Below, one piece after another: positions 1 to 8,926 of a stretch of DNA of 64,000 bases (its first letter is position 1; the number at the start of each line of letters is the position of its first letter). Position numbers and translations under genes: made by a program. Origin of the DNA: Syntrophorhabdaceae bacterium (GTDB taxonomy: Bacteria > Desulfobacterota > Syntrophorhabdia > Syntrophorhabdales > Syntrophorhabdaceae); contig OY762209.1 of assembly GCA_963665295.1 (NCBI GenBank), positions 1,632,001-1,696,000 on the forward strand, in the 5' to 3' direction. Below the pieces are notes generated by a model. The model searched no databases, was not told the origin of the DNA, and saw only the letters and a list, made by a program, of their open reading frames with translations.

Positions 1-2
1 GT

Positions 3-515
3 TCCCGCAGTCCGCTCCGGATACGGGAACGGTTGAAAGACCTTACGGATCAGTCGGACGAGACCCCGGATGAGAAGGCAAAGAAGATCGTCGATGCACT
101 GGGCCGGGCGATTGTTGCGGCGTTGATCGACAAGGGCGTGAACGCAAAGCGCCTGGAGGGGCAGGGCGGGCCTTCTTCGGGCAGTTGGCTTCTCGAAGGT
201 GAATTTGTGGAATACGGTGAAGGCGACCGGATGAAACGGGCCGTCATCGGGTTCGGAAGCGGCGCCGCCACCATGGAAGTGAGGGCGAAACTGAGCGAAG
301 TCGTGGACGGGGGCGTGCGGCCCTTATTCGACTCGACGGTGGGGGGAAAGAAGAACAGGATGCCCGGGGCCGCGATCACGAGAAACCCCTACGCGGCCGC
401 CGCAAAGTTCGTGGTCACGAAAAACGCCCCTGACAGGGACGTGAAGAAACTGGGCGGACAGATCGCCGATACCCTTTACGAATACATGGAGAAACAGGGG
501 TTTGCCCGGCCCTGA
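3..515 (+). CDS. DUF4410-like protein, probably 5'-truncated by the window edge
   Basis: Frame is open from the window start; motif EGDRMKRAVIGFGSGA resembles DUF4410 proteins. Confidence 0.6.
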   Translation, partial: SRSPLRIRERLKDLTDQSDETPDEKAKKIVDALGRAIVAALIDKGVNAKRLEGQGGPSSGSWLLEGEFVEYGEGDRMKRAVIGFGSGAATMEVRAKLSEVVDGGVRPLFDSTVGGKKNRMPGAAITRNPYAAAAKFVVTKNAPDRDVKKLGGQIADTLYEYMEKQGFARP

Positions 516-536
516 TATTGCGCCGGTCCCCTCGGT

Positions 537-905
537 CTACTTCATGGAAAACAGCCCTATCCTGTTTCCTTCCGTGTCGAGAAAGAGGGCGTAGTAACCG
601 ATTTCCTCGCTTATTTTTGTCTTGGGGACGATGATTTTCCCCCCGGCCGGTCCTACGCGGCTGAGCGCTCCCGAGAGATCCTCTCCGCCGTTCAGGTACA
701 CCGTAAGCCCCTTGGCGGAGGGTATGAAATCATGGTGCTTCACCAGGGCCCCGCCGTTTGCGTAGCCTTCCATGGGAAAAAAGGCGTGGGGCATGCCTTC
801 GATATCCTGAAGCTCCATTTCGATCCGGAACAGTTCCGAGTAAAACTTCCTTGCCCGCTCCATGTCGGTAACGGGGATCTCGAACCATACTGCAAAATTT
901 TCCAT
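537..905 (-). CDS. VOC family (glyoxalase/bleomycin resistance) protein
   Basis: WFEIPVTDMERARKFY...FLDTEGNRIGL motifs; AGGAGG RBS before ATG at 905. Confidence 0.9.
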   Translation of the reverse strand: MENFAVWFEIPVTDMERARKFYSELFRIEMELQDIEGMPHAFFPMEGYANGGALVKHHDFIPSAKGLTVYLNGGEDLSGALSRVGPAGGKIIVPKTKISEEIGYYALFLDTEGNRIGLFSMK

Positions 906-1096
906 ACACCGCCTCCTTGTCTTCTTCCACCTGCGCCTGATGGGGCGTACGCGATATAAGCAGAACCTAAATCCTCCGCCGGAGAGTTGCAAGGGATATA
1001 CTCCATGAATATCCTGGTTGTATTGAAGGGAAAGAGTGTGTAAACTAAGGCAAGAGCGGCGCAGTCATACGATGAAATTCCATCAAGGAGGTTTCC

Positions 1097-1570
1097 ATGA
1101 ACGATATCAAGAAGATTCTCGTGGTAAGCACATCGACGAAAACCTGTAAGAAAATGGTCCACTATGGGGTAACCCTCGCAAAACAACTGGGGGCGAAGCT
1201 CTATGTCCTCCATTCAGACTATGATCCCTTCGACCTCGAGGGCTGGGGGCTTCCCATACCGTCCCTTAAAGCCTTACGGGATAACTATCTGAGCACCCTG
1301 GAGTCCGACCGGATGGTGCTTAACAGGATCATCGAAAAGGAGAAAGCCCCCGGCATGGAGGTGAGCGTGGTGGTAAACCAGAACCCCATCGCGAAAGAGG
1401 TTCCGAAGATGGTCCAGGAAGAGGGTATAGACCTTCTCATCATGGTGGGTTTCGAAGAGGGACGGCTCGAACACTTCCTTTTCAGTGCGACCACCCATGA
1501 GATCGTGCGGACAATGCCCTGCTCGGTCCTGCTTGTCAAAGAGCATCACGAATGGGAGCCTGAAGAATAG
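1097..1570 (+). CDS. universal stress protein (UspA family)
   Basis: IKKILV N-terminus, IDLLIMVG and C-terminal PCSVLLVK motifs; AAGGAGG RBS. Confidence 0.9.
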   Translation: MNDIKKILVVSTSTKTCKKMVHYGVTLAKQLGAKLYVLHSDYDPFDLEGWGLPIPSLKALRDNYLSTLESDRMVLNRIIEKEKAPGMEVSVVVNQNPIAKEVPKMVQEEGIDLLIMVGFEEGRLEHFLFSATTHEIVRTMPCSVLLVKEHHEWEPEE

Positions 1571-1608
1571 GGACGGACCTGTAGTCCCCCATTTCGCCTG
1601 ACTTTCCT

Positions 1609-2298
1609 TCAAGTGTCGGTGGAGGCGGGCCCGATGACCCGGCTCGGCTCTACCACCACTATTTTATTCTCCACGTGGGAAACACCCGGGGCGGACCAGG
1701 CAGTGCGTTCGGCCTCTTCCCGTTCCAGCCAGGAACGAACCTCACCGACGAGGACCACCGTGCCGTTTTGCGTGTGTACCTCGATGTTGTCTTCGTCGAG
1801 GTCTACCAGACGGCGAAAGGCGTCGTCGATCTTTGTCTTCACGTCGACAGGGAAGGCCTTAGGGGAGAAGACGATGAGGTCGGTTATCCCTTTCACGCCC
1901 GTAAGGCTGCGCACTATTTCCACAGCCTTCTCCTTCTGATACTCTTCGTCCACGGTGCCCTCCAGGGTGACCCAGCCCCTTGACGCGGTGACCCTGATAT
2001 TTTCGGCAGGCACCATCACATTCCATTTGAAATGGTACATTACCGCCTCCGCGAGGTCCGTGTCCGGCTTTTCGTCCCGCGGAAGAAGATCCACATCGAT
2101 TTCGTTTATGATTCCTTTTACTCCGGCGATCTTTTTTGCCGCCAATTCGGCGACCCATTTCTGGTGGAAATCCCTTACGTAACCACGGAACGTCACGATG
2201 CCGCCCTTTACGGTTACCGCTATGCGCGATGCATTGATCATGGGTTCGAAGTCAAGTTCATTCAATATGTCGTGCTGGATTTTCAGGTCGTTCTTCAT
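1609..2298 (-). CDS. BON domain protein (three BON domains, OsmY-like)
   Basis: Three repeats of the GxVTLxGxV...AxxxxGVxxVxN pattern. Confidence 0.9.
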   Translation of the reverse strand: MKNDLKIQHDILNELDFEPMINASRIAVTVKGGIVTFRGYVRDFHQKWVAELAAKKIAGVKGIINEIDVDLLPRDEKPDTDLAEAVMYHFKWNVMVPAENIRVTASRGWVTLEGTVDEEYQKEKAVEIVRSLTGVKGITDLIVFSPKAFPVDVKTKIDDAFRRLVDLDEDNIEVHTQNGTVVLVGEVRSWLEREEAERTAWSAPGVSHVENKIVVVEPSRVIGPASTDT

Positions 2299-2513
2299 AG
2301 CGTTCCTCCTGGCCGCGAATATCCCCCAAATCTTTCTACTTATAACTTAATACGTTAAGACGGGTTTTTAAATAGTTATTCTGACTTTTAGGGAAAATGA
2401 GTTAGTGGATCTGGGGGCTGCACGGAGTGGGGGCGCCCCATGCGCCCCTTTGTAAAGGCATGCGTGGTTTCGCATGTGCCCCCGCGGGCCTTCCGGGGCC
2501 TGCGGTCACGATC

Positions 2514-2918
2514 TCAGAAGGTGAATTCCTTCGGAGGGGTGCCTTTCAGATCGCCCAGGAAGGCGGTTCCGTTTTCGAGATAGAATACCTCGAATTCAGG
2601 GTTTGAGGGGGACCGGTAGATCGATTTCACCAGTTCGCTCGATTCCATGGCCCTGGTCTTCGCACCCGGGTCCTGGGTGAACACGGCCCTGGCCCAGATC
2701 CTCGCATAGCTCGTGTCGGGACCGGATACGCTGAAACAGACATTCGGATTCGCCTTGATCTCCCGGAACACTTCCTTCGTGTTGGAGGTGCAGAAGTAGA
2801 GCTTCCCACCGTCCTCCGTCATAAACTGAAAGGGCCGCCCATTCGGCATTCCGTCTTCTTTCACTGTCGCAAGACAGCCCAGAGGACTCGCGTTCAGGAA
2901 ATCGATCAGTTCTTTCAT
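2514..2918 (-). CDS. pyridoxamine 5'-phosphate oxidase-like FMN-binding protein
   Basis: LATVKEDGMPNGRP and LYFCTSNTKEV motifs; GGAGG RBS before ATG at 2918. Confidence 0.85.
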   Translation of the reverse strand: MKELIDFLNASPLGCLATVKEDGMPNGRPFQFMTEDGGKLYFCTSNTKEVFREIKANPNVCFSVSGPDTSYARIWARAVFTQDPGAKTRAMESSELVKSIYRSPSNPEFEVFYLENGTAFLGDLKGTPPKEFTF

Positions 2919-2940
2919 GGTAACCTCCATGGTTTTGATA

Positions 2941-2958
2941 TTGTTCTATATAGAACAA
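2941..2958. promoter_or_regulatory. palindromic operator, probable MarR site
   Basis: Perfect palindrome TTGTTCTATATAGAACAA upstream of the PNPOx-like gene; near-identical site at 3409-3426. Confidence 0.6.
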
Positions 2959-2972
2959 GTAATGCAAAAAAA

Positions 2973-3398
2973 TTATCTCAGGTTATTCTGAATTCTCGCG
3001 AGCAATCCTGTAAGTTCAGCCTTCTCGTCTTCCCTGAAGTCCCGGTATGTCTTCTCCAAAAGCGTGTCCGACACGCAGGTGAAGACCTCCTGAAAGGCCC
3101 TGCCTTTTTCCGTGAGGAAGACCCTGGTAGTCCGCTTGTCGACTCTGTCGGGTTCCTTGCGGATATAGCCGAGGGAAAGGAGCTTGTCCGTGAGGACCGT
3201 CACGGTGTTCTTCTTCTTCCCGATGCGCGCGGAGATATCCTTCATCGACATGCCGTCCCCGAAGTAAAGGGCAAACAGGATATCTCCGTGAGAAGGGGCG
3301 ATGTCGGTGACACCGCGCTTCTTAAGCTCCCCCGTGATCAACTCATGGGCGAGGCCCCTTATGGATGATATCACCGCGATAATCTTGCCTGTACTCAT
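2973..3398 (-). CDS. MarR family transcriptional regulator
   Basis: Winged-helix pattern ...L.SLGYIRKEPDRVDKRTTRVFLTEKG. Confidence 0.9.
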   Translation of the reverse strand: MSTGKIIAVISSIRGLAHELITGELKKRGVTDIAPSHGDILFALYFGDGMSMKDISARIGKKKNTVTVLTDKLLSLGYIRKEPDRVDKRTTRVFLTEKGRAFQEVFTCVSDTLLEKTYRDFREDEKAELTGLLARIQNNLR

Positions 3399-3408
3399 AG
3401 GCTCATTA

Positions 3409-3426
3409 TAGTTCCATATAGAACTA
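3409..3426. promoter_or_regulatory. palindromic operator upstream of marR (autoregulation)
   Basis: TAGTTCCATATAGAACTA, one mismatch from a perfect palindrome, same core as 2941-2958. Confidence 0.55.
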
Positions 3427-3518
3427 ATGTCAAGGAGTATTTGTTCGTCCCGAGGGGGCCCGTGACGTCCCTGTTCCCTGCTCATCTTTTCACGGCTCCT
3501 CAGGGTCTCCCGCGTGTC

Positions 3519-4812
3519 GGCAATGTCAAGACTTATGTGTCAGCGAGAAAATGGGGGACGTCCCCTTCGATCTGTTCTCATACATGAAGATGGCATAGAG
3601 AATCCTGTCCATGCTCGTTTTATCACTGAACACCCCCATAGGTCTCGTCCTCCTCTTCACCTCTTTGAATCTCCTTTCTATGAGGTTGGTAGTGCGTATG
3701 CTCTTCCGGAAGGCAAGGTCCTTAAACATGAAACAGGTAAAGAGATCATCAATATCGGCAAAGAGGCACGTCACCGCATCAGGGTACGTGTCTTTCCATT
3801 TCTCTTTCCATAGCCCCGCATATTTCCTCGCCTCACGGATATGGGCGGCATTATAGATATCTCGTAGTCCTTCCCTTACCGCGTCCTGATCCTTCCTCTT
3901 TACCTTATCGGTGATGTTACGTATCTTATGAGCCCAGCAGCGCTGGATGGGGATGGAGGTATAATAATGACGGAGAACGGAAAGGAGTCCCTTTCCCCCG
4001 TCTACCGAGACTACCTCCACATTCTTCCCGGTGAGCCCTCTTGCAGAGAGATCACGAAGGAAGACATCCCATTCTGCGCTGCTCTCGGAGGAGGCAAGGC
4101 GGAAGTCGATGACCTCTTTCCTGCCGTCCTCGCGTATGCCCAGGACTACGAGGACAGGTCTCTTTGCGGCCCCCATGCCGGTCTTCCTGGAGAGGACCAC
4201 CCCATCCAAGATGAGCGCCTTGTAGATATTGGAGAGATGTCTCCTGTGGAATGCGGCCACATCCGCGTCGAGTGTCTTTACCACCCTGCTCACCGTACCG
4301 GGGCTCACCTTCTCCCCGAGAATGGTAAGGAGCGTTGCTCCTACCTTCCTGGTGGAGAGACCCAACAAGAAGCAGGAGAGGATGAGCCGGTCTACTTCCT
4401 TGCTTCTCCTCGCATAGGCTTCAATCACGTGAATCGGGTTATAGGTCCGCGTCCGGGGTATAGAGAGGGCTATATCTCCTATCTCGGTCAGCACGTGCCT
4501 GGGGTAACTTCCGTTCCTTCTGTCTGCTCCTTCGGGTACACGACCAAGATAATCGCTTATGGACTCCTTCATACGGTCCCGGAGGAAATTCCCTATGGCG
4601 TTGCGTCCGACCTCCCGGTAGTCATCGGTCCACCGCTCTTCTGAAAAACCATCCATTTCCTTTACCATTTTCATTGCCTGTGATAGATTGTTTACCATTA
4701 CATGCTGATTCATTCGGGGTACCTCCTCCTTGTCTATGTGCTTGGCGGTGCAAACGGCAAAGATCGAATGGTACCCCATCTTCTTTCTTGACACAAGAGA
4801 TTGTACATTGCC
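3519..4812 (-). mobile_element. IS256-family insertion sequence, complete
   Basis: Imperfect terminal IRs (GGCAATGT...TGTGTCA / TGACACA...ACATTGCC); 8-bp direct repeat CGCGTGTC at 3511-3518 and 4813-4820; internal mutator-type transposase. Confidence 0.93.
3526..4713 (-). CDS. IS256 family (mutator-type) transposase
   Basis: RRNGSYPR, LDG, VSVDGGKGL, QRCWAHK and IRTTNLIERRFKEVKRR motifs; AGGAGG RBS. Confidence 0.95.
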   Translation of the reverse strand: MNQHVMVNNLSQAMKMVKEMDGFSEERWTDDYREVGRNAIGNFLRDRMKESISDYLGRVPEGADRRNGSYPRHVLTEIGDIALSIPRTRTYNPIHVIEAYARRSKEVDRLILSCFLLGLSTRKVGATLLTILGEKVSPGTVSRVVKTLDADVAAFHRRHLSNIYKALILDGVVLSRKTGMGAAKRPVLVVLGIREDGRKEVIDFRLASSESSAEWDVFLRDLSARGLTGKNVEVVSVDGGKGLLSVLRHYYTSIPIQRCWAHKIRNITDKVKRKDQDAVREGLRDIYNAAHIREARKYAGLWKEKWKDTYPDAVTCLFADIDDLFTCFMFKDLAFRKSIRTTNLIERRFKEVKRRTRPMGVFSDKTSMDRILYAIFMYENRSKGTSPIFSLTHKS

Positions 4813-4872
4813 CGCGTGTCGAACCAATTGACATGAGCTATTTTGAAATGATACGTTGTACCAGGAAAATTT

Positions 4873-5649
4873 ATGAAAATAGCGATTTCAGGAAAAGGTG
4901 GAGTGGGAAAGACGACCCTTGCGGGGGTTATGGCGAGATGCCTCGCGGATAAAGGGCACAAGATACTGGCGGTGGACGCCGATCCGGACTCGAACCTCGC
5001 GAGCGCGATAGGCATAGACGAGGACAAACTGGGGGAGATCAAGCCTCTTGCACAGATGACGGAGTTCATCGAAGAGCGGACAGCCTCCAAGAGGGGGGAG
5101 TTGGGCTCCTTCTTCAGGCTCAACCCCAAGGTTGACGATATTCCCGAGAAGTTTTCCGTGGAGAAGGACGGGATCAAGCTCGTGGTCCTCGGCAATATTC
5201 CCGAAGGCGGAGGTGGTTGTTTCTGCGCGGAAAACGTGCTCTTGAAGAGCCTCCTTTCCCACGTGCTCATAGAGCGGGACGAGTACGTCATTGTGGACAT
5301 GGAAGCGGGCCTCGAACACCTGGGAAGGGGGAGCACGGCATACATCGACGCCCTCATCGTGGTGGTGGAACCCGGCCAGAGAAGTTTCCGGACCGCCCGG
5401 CAGGTTGAAAAGCTCGCTTCGGACCTGGGCATCCCCCATGTCTACCTTGCGGGGAACAAGATTGCCGATGAAAAGGATACGGCCCTCATGAAGGACCACC
5501 TGACAGGCATCCCCTTTCTCGGTTTCATGAGTTACAACGACAAGATCATGGAGGCGGACAGGCTCAATTTGTCGCCTTACGACATAGACACAAAGATCAG
5601 GGCCGAGGTGGAAACGATCATCGATGCCCTGGAAAAAGACATAAAATGA
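4873..5649 (+). CDS. cooC: CooC/AcsF-type nickel-insertion ATPase (CO dehydrogenase maturation)
   Basis: GKGGVGKT, DADPDSNL, GGGCFC (CxC) and DMEAGLEHLGRG motifs. Confidence 0.9.
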   Translation: MKIAISGKGGVGKTTLAGVMARCLADKGHKILAVDADPDSNLASAIGIDEDKLGEIKPLAQMTEFIEERTASKRGELGSFFRLNPKVDDIPEKFSVEKDGIKLVVLGNIPEGGGGCFCAENVLLKSLLSHVLIERDEYVIVDMEAGLEHLGRGSTAYIDALIVVVEPGQRSFRTARQVEKLASDLGIPHVYLAGNKIADEKDTALMKDHLTGIPFLGFMSYNDKIMEADRLNLSPYDIDTKIRAEVETIIDALEKDIK

Positions 5650-6353
5650 GGAAAGCCTTCGTCCTCCTCAGCCTGACCGCGACGGGCATATTCTTGTCCT
5701 GCCTTGCCATCGTCTTCTCCTTTTTCGAGAAAGACAAACGCCTCGTGCACCTCATGTCAAAATGGTGGTCCCTGTGTCACCTGAAGGTAACGGGCATAAA
5801 GGTTTCCCTCCATGGTGCCGAACACCTGCCGGAACCGCCTTTCATACTCATGTGCAACCACCAGAGCGCCCTCGATATCTTCACCCTCATTGCCGGTCTT
5901 CCTCTGGTCTTCAAATGGCTCGCAAAGCGGGAACTCTTCCGCATCCCCTTTCTCGGGTGGGCCATGACAAGGGCCGACTATGTAAGTATCGACAGGGAAA
6001 ACCCCAGGGAAGCCCTGAAAGCCATAGATGAAGCGGGGCGCAAGATCAGGGAGGGGATGATCATCGTCATATTTCCTGAAGGCACGAGGAGCGAAGACGG
6101 GAACCTTCTCCCCTTCAAACAGGGCGTCTTCAATCTGGCCCAGAGGGCAAAGGTCCCCATAGTGCCCATAGGCATATGCGGAACCAGCCGCCTTCAGCCG
6201 AAAGGCAGTTTTATTCCGCAACAAAAAGGGATAGTATATATAAATATCGGTGAGCCTGTGGAGGTCTCAGGGAAAGGCAGCGCAGAGAAAGCCAGAATCA
6301 TGCATGAGGTGAGAGGCCGCATTGAAGGGTTGATGGCATGTCAGGAGACCTGA
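5646..6353 (+). CDS. plsC: 1-acyl-sn-glycerol-3-phosphate acyltransferase
   Basis: NHQSALD and FPEGTRS acyltransferase motifs. Confidence 0.9.
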   Translation: MRKAFVLLSLTATGIFLSCLAIVFSFFEKDKRLVHLMSKWWSLCHLKVTGIKVSLHGAEHLPEPPFILMCNHQSALDIFTLIAGLPLVFKWLAKRELFRIPFLGWAMTRADYVSIDRENPREALKAIDEAGRKIREGMIIVIFPEGTRSEDGNLLPFKQGVFNLAQRAKVPIVPIGICGTSRLQPKGSFIPQQKGIVYINIGEPVEVSGKGSAEKARIMHEVRGRIEGLMACQET

Positions 6354-8371
6354 AAAGAGAGGTTTTGGGCATAAGTCTGGCCGGTGTCTTCCTGTTCCTC
6401 CTGGTGAGCCTTCTTTCCTACCATCCCTTCGACCCGTCCTTCAATACCGTTACCGAGACCGCGGCAAAGAACCTCTGCGGCAAGGTAGGTTCCTACATAG
6501 CCGATATTCTTGTGCAGATATTCGGCATGGTGAGTTATCTCTTCCCTGCTTTCGCCCTCCTTTTCTCCGTCTTCTACCTGAGAAAGAAGGAGCCCCCTCA
6601 TCCGCTCATCCTCTCTGCGGGACTTGTCCTTCTCTTCCTATCCCTCTCCGCGCTCCTCCAGGTCATGATAGGGAAGATACGGCTCTCCGGCATCGACATG
6701 CCTTTTTCCGGGTTCCTCGGTTCCCTCCTCGAACGGACCTTCATGGCCCTCTTCGGCATTTTCGGGGGCGTTCTCATATCTCTCATCCTCCTTCTCATCT
6801 CCTTCTTCCTCATCGTCCAGGCGCCTATCCTCTCGATCATAGAGAAGAACATGGCCCGGCGGAAACCTCTCGAACGGAGAAAGGAGATCAAGGTCACCGA
6901 GGAAAAGAAGGTGGAGCAGCCGAAGGCGGTGGAGAAGAAGCCCGTCCAGGAATCCTTCGAATTTTTTGACCAGGTGGGTCCTTACAAACTGCCCGCCATC
7001 GCCCTTCTCGATCCTGTGGAGAGAAAAGAGGTGAAAGTAGACAAAGAGAGCATCCAGTACAATGCTCAGACATTGGAAAAGAAACTGAAGGACTACGGGA
7101 TCGATGGAAAGGTATGCGAGGTGCGGCCCGGCCCCGTGATCACCATGTATGAGTTCGAGCCCGCCGCGGGTATAAAGGTGAGCAGGATATCGAACCTTGC
7201 CGACGACCTCGCCATGGCGCTCTCCGCCGTATCCATCAGGATCATCGCGCCCATTCCCGGGAAGGCGGTAGTGGGGATAGAAATCCCGAACAAGAGCCGG
7301 CAGACCGTCTATTTCAGGGAGATCATAGAATCGGAGACCTTCGCGGCTTCCCATTCATATCTCACCCTCACCGTAGGCAAGACTATCGCAGGCGACCCTT
7401 ATGTGGCGGACCTCGCGAAGATGCCCCACCTCCTCGTTGCCGGAGCCACCGGCTCGGGAAAGAGTGTCGCCTTGAACAGCATGATATGCAGCATACTCTT
7501 CAAAGCGACCCCCATGAACGTGAAGTTTCTGATGATCGACCTCAAGATGCTCGAGCTTTCCTTTTATGACGACATCCCCCACCTCCTCCTCCCCGTGGTT
7601 ACGAATGCCAAGAATGCGAAGACATCCCTCAAATGGATGACGGAAGAGATGGAACGGCGCTACGCCATGATGGCGGAAAAAGGGGTAAGGAGCATAGAAA
7701 AATACAACCAGAAGATGGCGAAAACCGAGGGAGGGGAGACTATACCCTACATCGTGGTGGTCATAGACGAACTTGCCGACCTCATGATGGTATCCCCGAA
7801 AGAGGTGGAGGAGTATATTGCGCGTCTTGCCCAGATGGCGCGGGCCTCCGGCATACACCTTATCCTCGCTACCCAGCGCCCTTCCGTGGATGTGCTCACG
7901 GGTATCATAAAGGCAAATTTTCCCGCCAGGGTGGCGTGCAAGGTGTTCTCCAAGGTGGATTCCAGGACCATCCTCGACACGAACGGGGCGGAAAGCCTGC
8001 TCGGATACGGGGACATGCTTTTCCTGAGCCCCGGCGTGGGAAGGCTCCAGAGGCTGCACGGCCCCTTCGTATCGGAAGCCGAGATAAAGAGGATCGTGGA
8101 GTTCCTTAAGGCGCAGGGAACCCCCTCGTACCAGAGCGAGATACTGGAGGAGAAAGACGAAGAGGAGACCGAGGAAGAAGTAAACGACGAGAAATACAGA
8201 GAGGCCGTGGAATTTGTCATGGACAAAGGAGAAGCCTCCATCAGCATGGTCCAGCGCCGCTTCAGAATAGGCTACAACCGCGCCGCCAGGATCATAGAAC
8301 GGATGGAACGTGAGGATATAGTAGGACCTTCGGATGGGGTAAAGCCCAGGGAGGTGCTGAAACGAAGGTAG
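6338..8371 (+). CDS. ftsK: DNA translocase FtsK
   Basis: N-terminal 4TM region, PHLLVAGATGSGKS, IDELADLMM, ATQRPSVDV and gamma domain IGYNRAARI. Confidence 0.97.
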   Translation: MSGDLKREVLGISLAGVFLFLLVSLLSYHPFDPSFNTVTETAAKNLCGKVGSYIADILVQIFGMVSYLFPAFALLFSVFYLRKKEPPHPLILSAGLVLLFLSLSALLQVMIGKIRLSGIDMPFSGFLGSLLERTFMALFGIFGGVLISLILLLISFFLIVQAPILSIIEKNMARRKPLERRKEIKVTEEKKVEQPKAVEKKPVQESFEFFDQVGPYKLPAIALLDPVERKEVKVDKESIQYNAQTLEKKLKDYGIDGKVCEVRPGPVITMYEFEPAAGIKVSRISNLADDLAMALSAVSIRIIAPIPGKAVVGIEIPNKSRQTVYFREIIESETFAASHSYLTLTVGKTIAGDPYVADLAKMPHLLVAGATGSGKSVALNSMICSILFKATPMNVKFLMIDLKMLELSFYDDIPHLLLPVVTNAKNAKTSLKWMTEEMERRYAMMAEKGVRSIEKYNQKMAKTEGGETIPYIVVVIDELADLMMVSPKEVEEYIARLAQMARASGIHLILATQRPSVDVLTGIIKANFPARVACKVFSKVDSRTILDTNGAESLLGYGDMLFLSPGVGRLQRLHGPFVSEAEIKRIVEFLKAQGTPSYQSEILEEKDEEETEEEVNDEKYREAVEFVMDKGEASISMVQRRFRIGYNRAARIIERMEREDIVGPSDGVKPREVLKRR

Positions 8372-8382
8372 GAGTTCTACCC

Positions 8383-8454
8383 AGCTTGCACGGCAAGCGA
8401 GAAGGGGAGGCTCCACGGGCTTATGCTCGTGGAGGGGGCGACGCAAGCCCCTTT
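8383..8454 (+). repeat. structured palindromic repeat (REP/MITE-like), copy A
   Basis: AGCTTGCAC.GCAAGCGAGAAGGGGAGGCTCC-[stem-loop]-GGAGGGGGCGACGCAAGCCCCTT; further copies at 8723, 8850 and inverted at 10935. Confidence 0.8.
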
Positions 8455-8460
8455 TACTGC

Positions 8461-8534
8461 AACGGATGGAGAGAGAAGATATAGTGGGGCCTTCCGATGG
8501 GGTAAAGCCGCGGGAAGTGTTAAAACGAAGGTAG
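8461..8534 (+). pseudogene. duplicated ftsK 3' end (synonymously recoded)
   Basis: Encodes RMEREDIVGPSDGVKPREVLKRR*, identical in amino acids to ftsK 8298-8371. Confidence 0.85.
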
Positions 8535-8610
8535 ACGCTCTACCCCCAAATTGCAACAGAGGTAGGAGCTTTTTTGAACAAACATGGTGACGCGAATCAA
8601 ATTTGAATGC

Positions 8611-8684
8611 AACGGATGGAAAGAGAGGATATAGTAGGACCTTCCGATGGCGTAAAGCCGCGGAAAGTGTTAAAACAAAGGTAC
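8611..8684 (+). pseudogene. second duplicated ftsK 3' end (decaying)
   Basis: RMEREDIVGPSDGVKPRKVLKQRY; the stop codon is lost. Confidence 0.8.
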
Positions 8685-8722
8685 GAGTTTCAAAACAAAC
8701 ATAGTGAGATGGATCCGAATTT

Positions 8723-8793
8723 AGCTTGCACCGCAAGCGAGAAGGGGAGGCTCCATGGGCTTATGCTCGTGGAGGGGGCGACGCAAGCCCCTT
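8723..8793 (+). repeat. structured palindromic repeat, copy B
   Basis: Near-identical to 8383-8454. Confidence 0.8.
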
Positions 8794-8849
8794 AAACTGC
8801 AACAAAGGTAAGAGTTTCAAAACAAACATGGTGACACGAATCTAAATTT

Positions 8850-8920
8850 AGCTTGCACCGCAAGCGAGAAGGGGAGGCTCCGACAGCTTTGCTGCCGGAG
8901 GGGGCGACGCAAGCCCCTTT
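8850..8920 (+). repeat. structured palindromic repeat, copy C
   Basis: Same scaffold with a different inner stem (GACAGCTTTGCTGCC). Confidence 0.8.
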
Positions 8921-8926
8921 GAATGG

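Noticed and set aside
8607..8795. 62-aa ORF resembling the FtsK C-terminus
   Set aside because: Made of a duplicated ftsK fragment plus repeat sequence, with a TTG start and no RBS; treated as a pseudogene fragment
8383..8920. Possible CRISPR, DGR template repeat or tRNA cluster
   Set aside because: Irregular spacing, differences are not adenine-specific, no reverse transcriptase in the window, and no tRNA cloverleaf or T-loop motif
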